This document shows positions 62,201-64,000 of a stretch of DNA of 64,000 bases, piece after piece (positions within the stretch are counted from its first letter, which is position 1; each line of letters opens with the position of its first letter). Position numbers and translations under genes: made by a program. The notes under the pieces were generated by a model that saw only the letters and a program-made list of their open reading frames with translations, made no database searches and was not told where the DNA came from. Origin of the DNA: Eledone cirrhosa (taxonomy: Eukaryota); NCBI GenBank assembly GCA_964016885.1, contig OZ024741.1, positions 370,140,001 through 370,204,000 on the forward strand, in the 5' to 3' direction.

Positions 62201-64000
62201 ACCCCCTTACAAACACACCAAAACACAGACACCCACTTTCACACACACCAAAACACAGACCAATACACAGACACCCACTTACACACAGACCAAAACACAG
62301 ACATCCATTTACACACAGACCATAACACAGATACCCACTTACACACAGACCAAAACACAGATACCCACTTACACACACACAAAAACACAGACGCCCACTT
62401 ACACACAAACCAAAACATATATACCCACTTTCACACACACCAAAGAACAGTCACCCACTTTCACACAGCCCAAAACACATACACCCACTTACACACAGAC
62501 CAAAACACAGGCACACACTTACACACAGACCAAAACTCAGACACCCACTTATAAACAGACCAAAACACAGACACACACTTACACACAGACGAAAAACACA
62601 GACATCCAGTTACACACACGCCAAAACACTGACAACCACTTACAACCACACCAAAGCACATACACCCACTTACACACACCAAAACACAGGCACCCACTTA
62701 CACACACACCAAAACACAGATACCCACTTACAAACACACTCACTTACAAACAGACCTAAACACAGACACCCACTTACACACACACCAAAACACAGACACC
62801 CACTTACACACACACCAAATCACACACACCCACTTACACACAGAGCTAAATACGTACAACCACTTACACACACACCAAAAGACAGACACCCACTTATACA
62901 CAGACTAAAACACAGACACCTACTTACACAGACCAAAACGCAGACACCAACTTACACACACACCATAACACAGACACCCATTTACACACAGACCAAAACA
63001 AAGACACCCACTTAGGCATAGTCCAAAACACAGACATCCACTCACACACATACAAAACACAGGCACACACTTACACACAGACCAAAACACGGACACCTAC
63101 TTACACACAGACCTATACACAGACACCCACTTACACACATCCCAAAACACAGACACCCACTTACACACAGACAAAAACACAGACGCCCACTTACACACAA
63201 ACCAAACATATATACCCACTTTCACACACACCAAAGAACAGACACCCACTTTCACACAGCCCAAAACACAGACACCCACTTACACTCAGACAAAAACACA
63301 GGCACCCACTTACACACAGACCTAAACACAGACACCCACTTACACACAACCCAAAACATAGACACACATTTACACACAGACCAAAAAACAGACAGCCACT
63401 TTCACACAGACTTAAATAGATAGAACCACTTACACACACACCAAAACACAGACACCCACTTTCACACACACCAAAGAACAGACACCCACTTTCTTCAGAC
63501 CAAAACACAGACACCCACTTACATAAACACCAAAACACATACACCCACTTACACACACACCAAAACACAGACACCAACATACACACACACAAAAACACAG
63601 ACACACGCTTACACATAGAACAAAACACAGGCACCCACTATAAACACAGACCAAAACACATACGCCCAATTACACTCAGACCAAAACACAGACACCCAGA
63701 GTACACACACACCAAAACACAGATACCCACTGACACACAGACCAAAACACAGAAATCCACTTACACACAGATCAAAACACTGACAACCACTTACACACAG
63801 ACCAAAACACAGACAGCCATTTACACACTGACCAAAACACAGACAAACACTTACACACAGACGAAAAATACAGACACCCAGTTACTCACACACCAAAATA
63901 CAGACACCCACTTACACACACATCAAAACACAGACACCCACTTACAAAAAAGACCAAATCATAGACACCCACTTACACACACACTAAAATACAGACACCC
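20220..64000. repeat. Large 30-bp satellite array (>43 kb, running off the window) with higher-order repeats
   Basis: Consensus CACACA(G/C)ACCAAAACACAGACACCCACTTA; diverged monomers; identical kb-scale blocks recur at 591, about 1800, 3887, 2905 and 2850 bp periods. Confidence 0.98.

Noticed and set aside
20183-63669. Hundreds of Cys/Val-rich or His/Thr-rich ORFs
   Set aside because: Translations of a stop-poor 30-bp satellite; they occur in all frames and break at monomer indels, with no splice structure.
20220-64000. Telomeric repeat
   Set aside because: GT-rich minus strand but no TTAGGG arrays; monomers are 30 bp and diverged.

Overview
Eukaryotic, microsatellite-saturated DNA; the repeat landscape suggests a cephalopod such as Octopus (inference). 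The window has three parts. (1) A single host gene: a very large, low-complexity first coding exon of a Tlx/C15 (NK-class homeobox) gene on the minus strand, 9715->6463. It carries an eh1 motif, the Tlx-specific GVIKVPAHRP motif, a YPW motif and a phase-1 GTAAGT donor. The exon is broken by two compensating 1-nt indels, and the homeobox exon is not in the window. (2) Flanking DNA (1-6460 and 10330-20200) packed with (TA)n/(CA)n/(GA)n microsatellites, tRNA-derived SINEs, a TTAA piggyBac-like MITE, a 5'-truncated Tx1/L1-like LINE and two minisatellites. It also holds a family of short fold-back elements embedded in (TA)n that carry hammerhead-ribozyme-like halves and a shared GYATYGRRTRY tail motif, most likely Penelope-like pLTR remnants. 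(3) A >43 kb array of a 30-bp CA-rich satellite (20220 to the window end) with kb-scale higher-order repeats and one fold-back inversion. Nearly all ORFs in the supplied track are repeat artefacts.
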